Positions 33,160-34,908 of a stretch of 34,908 bases of DNA are shown here, piece after piece; within the stretch, counting starts at the first letter, position 1, and every line of letters begins with the position of its first letter. The position numbers were made by a program, and so were the translations under genes. Source of the stretch: Octopus bimaculoides. Lineage: Eukaryota. The notes beneath the pieces are model-generated. The model had not been told where the DNA came from. It made no database searches and saw only the letters and a program-made list of their open reading frames with translations. The stretch spans positions 5,255,268 to 5,290,175 of the forward strand of contig NC_068991.1 of the NCBI RefSeq assembly GCF_001194135.2. Reading direction: 5' to 3'.

Positions 33160-34908
33160 CCCTCACTCTTTCTTTCCCTGCATGAATATATTTCTATATG
33201 GAAAGAGATATCTATGCCAATGATGCTCAACAAAAAGATTGTAAACTCACTCTCTCTCTCTCCCTTGGTCTCACTCATTTCCTCAAATTTTTTTTTCTAT
33301 CTGAATGCATATACTCCGGCACGCGCTTGCGGATCTGTATGTACGTGTGTATGCCTTGAAGGACAAAACATACTAATCCCAAAACAGGTTCAAACCCAGT
33401 TAGGCCTACCAAATCTCCGGCATCCAAACAGCGCGCCGAATCATTTCCATCCGCAACCATTCAGTGGTATTTTAACGACATCAGTGAAATGATACAGGGA
33501 ACGAAATCACAATCTACAATTTTCCGTTTCTTTAATTGCAGCAGCAACGATGCTGTTAATTTACTGATATTTCCAACACTCATCAAAACCCAGTTTTATA
33601 TTTTTGATTTTAGCTGTCTATATTTCTCCCTATTTTCTGTTTTGTTTTTTGTTTCTTTACTTGTGTTCTGCTAATGTCGTAACATGTGTCACCTGAAGAC
33701 TAGAATATGCTTCCGTAATGCAAGTCTGGAGGGGATAAAGTGGACATTTTTTTTTCATCTGTTTCCCTTTTGTAGTGTAAATTAATACGCGAGGGAAACG
33801 TGACATTCTTGTTGAAATACATCGCTCAACTACCAAAAACTTTTTTATCGAGTAATATATGGTATCAAAACATCGGGCGATATTTTCTTTGGAGTTCTTT
33901 CATTATTTTAGACTTATTCAGAATTGTAAATGATCTCTGGGCAAATCGTGTTATAGATAGAAAAAAAAACAAAGAAAAAAAAGAAAAAAAACGAAAAGGA
34001 AAGCTAAAAATCTTTTAACACAAAATATGAAATCCTTTAAGTTTTAACCTAAAGCAGAAAAACGATCCTAGCTTGCTTGAAAGGACACTTGATTTCACAT
34101 GATATTTGCTGTGGTATTCTAATAACGATAAACATACGCTTCACTGTAACAAATAAATGTCTACCGTAGGGTGTGCATATTAGAGACAAAAAGCGGGAAA
34201 TAAAGCGTTCTTCAAATGTGTGCGTCAAATTCCACTTTTCTAGTGCACACAAAGTACGGAAATTTTGCTACCATATTTTGAATTCGAAAAAGTAGTACGC
34301 CTGCGCATGTGAGTGGGTGTGTGGGTGTGTGGGTGTGTTTATGTGTATGTGTGTGTATAAATACATACATGTGTATGTATGTATGTATAATATCGCACTA
34401 TAACATCTGTTCTACCATCGTGTAAATTGTACAGAATAAGTAGATATTACACCAAGATATATCACATTTACTTTTCAAGAATATTAACACAGTTTTCATG
34501 CAATAATTATTCATCAAAGTTTTTTAGGAGAAAGAATTCCGCATCTTAAATATGTTTGTTCACAATGTGTGACATATTTAATTTGTTTACAAAGAAAAAA
34601 AAAACACCTGATTTGCATAACGACGGAAAATAATAATTAAACGAGACTATTGCATGTAAGTTTATAAAAAGTTCTACTTCTGATAACACCAATAGGCGTA
34701 TTTCTTTCGTGCAACACAAATTTTAAAAAGAAACAAAATATAAAGATAGAAAATATATATTTTCTATCTTTTCATTTGTCTTGCTTGCTTACGTTCTGGC
34801 GTTTGCTGAATTTTCTTGAGAACAATCTTTTCTGAGTGGTCAGCTGATAGGTGGTCTTCTTCTAGAATAATGGATGTCCACTTATGGTCATCCCTCTTAT
34901 ATATATAT

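Overview
Eukaryotic, AT-rich, microsatellite-saturated genomic DNA with roughly 2.6 kb of assembly gaps (N), most of them flanked by microsatellites, usually (TA)n. The repeat content (tRNA-like SINEs I recall as abundant in octopus, plus dense AT/AC/AG/AAT/GAT/TACA microsatellites) points to an octopod cephalopod intron or intergenic region; this assignment is from pattern recall, not a search. No intact, recognisable host protein-coding gene is visible. Nearly all ORFs in the supplied track are translated microsatellites or run through N gaps. Recognisable coding remnants are all decayed transposons: a D34D mariner, two copies of a mariner-derived MITE, an internally deleted hAT, a Tigger/pogo N-terminus, an R4/Dong-type RLE LINE 3' end embedded in (AAT)n, CR1/L2-like and possibly Tx1-like LINE scraps, Penelope-like remnants and a Helentron-associated (HINE-like) element. 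The most interesting unexplained signals are: a textbook recursive-splice-site motif with a downstream stop-containing 75-nt cryptic exon (32336-32444); a degenerate type I hammerhead-like fold overlapping one arm of a perfect 29-bp inverted repeat (28408-29222); a decayed 30-bp repeat that reads as a decapeptide (4484-4985); and an exon-like island that supports two antiparallel two-exon models sharing almost the same intron (6056-6587). I see no clear evidence of a novel multi-gene system.
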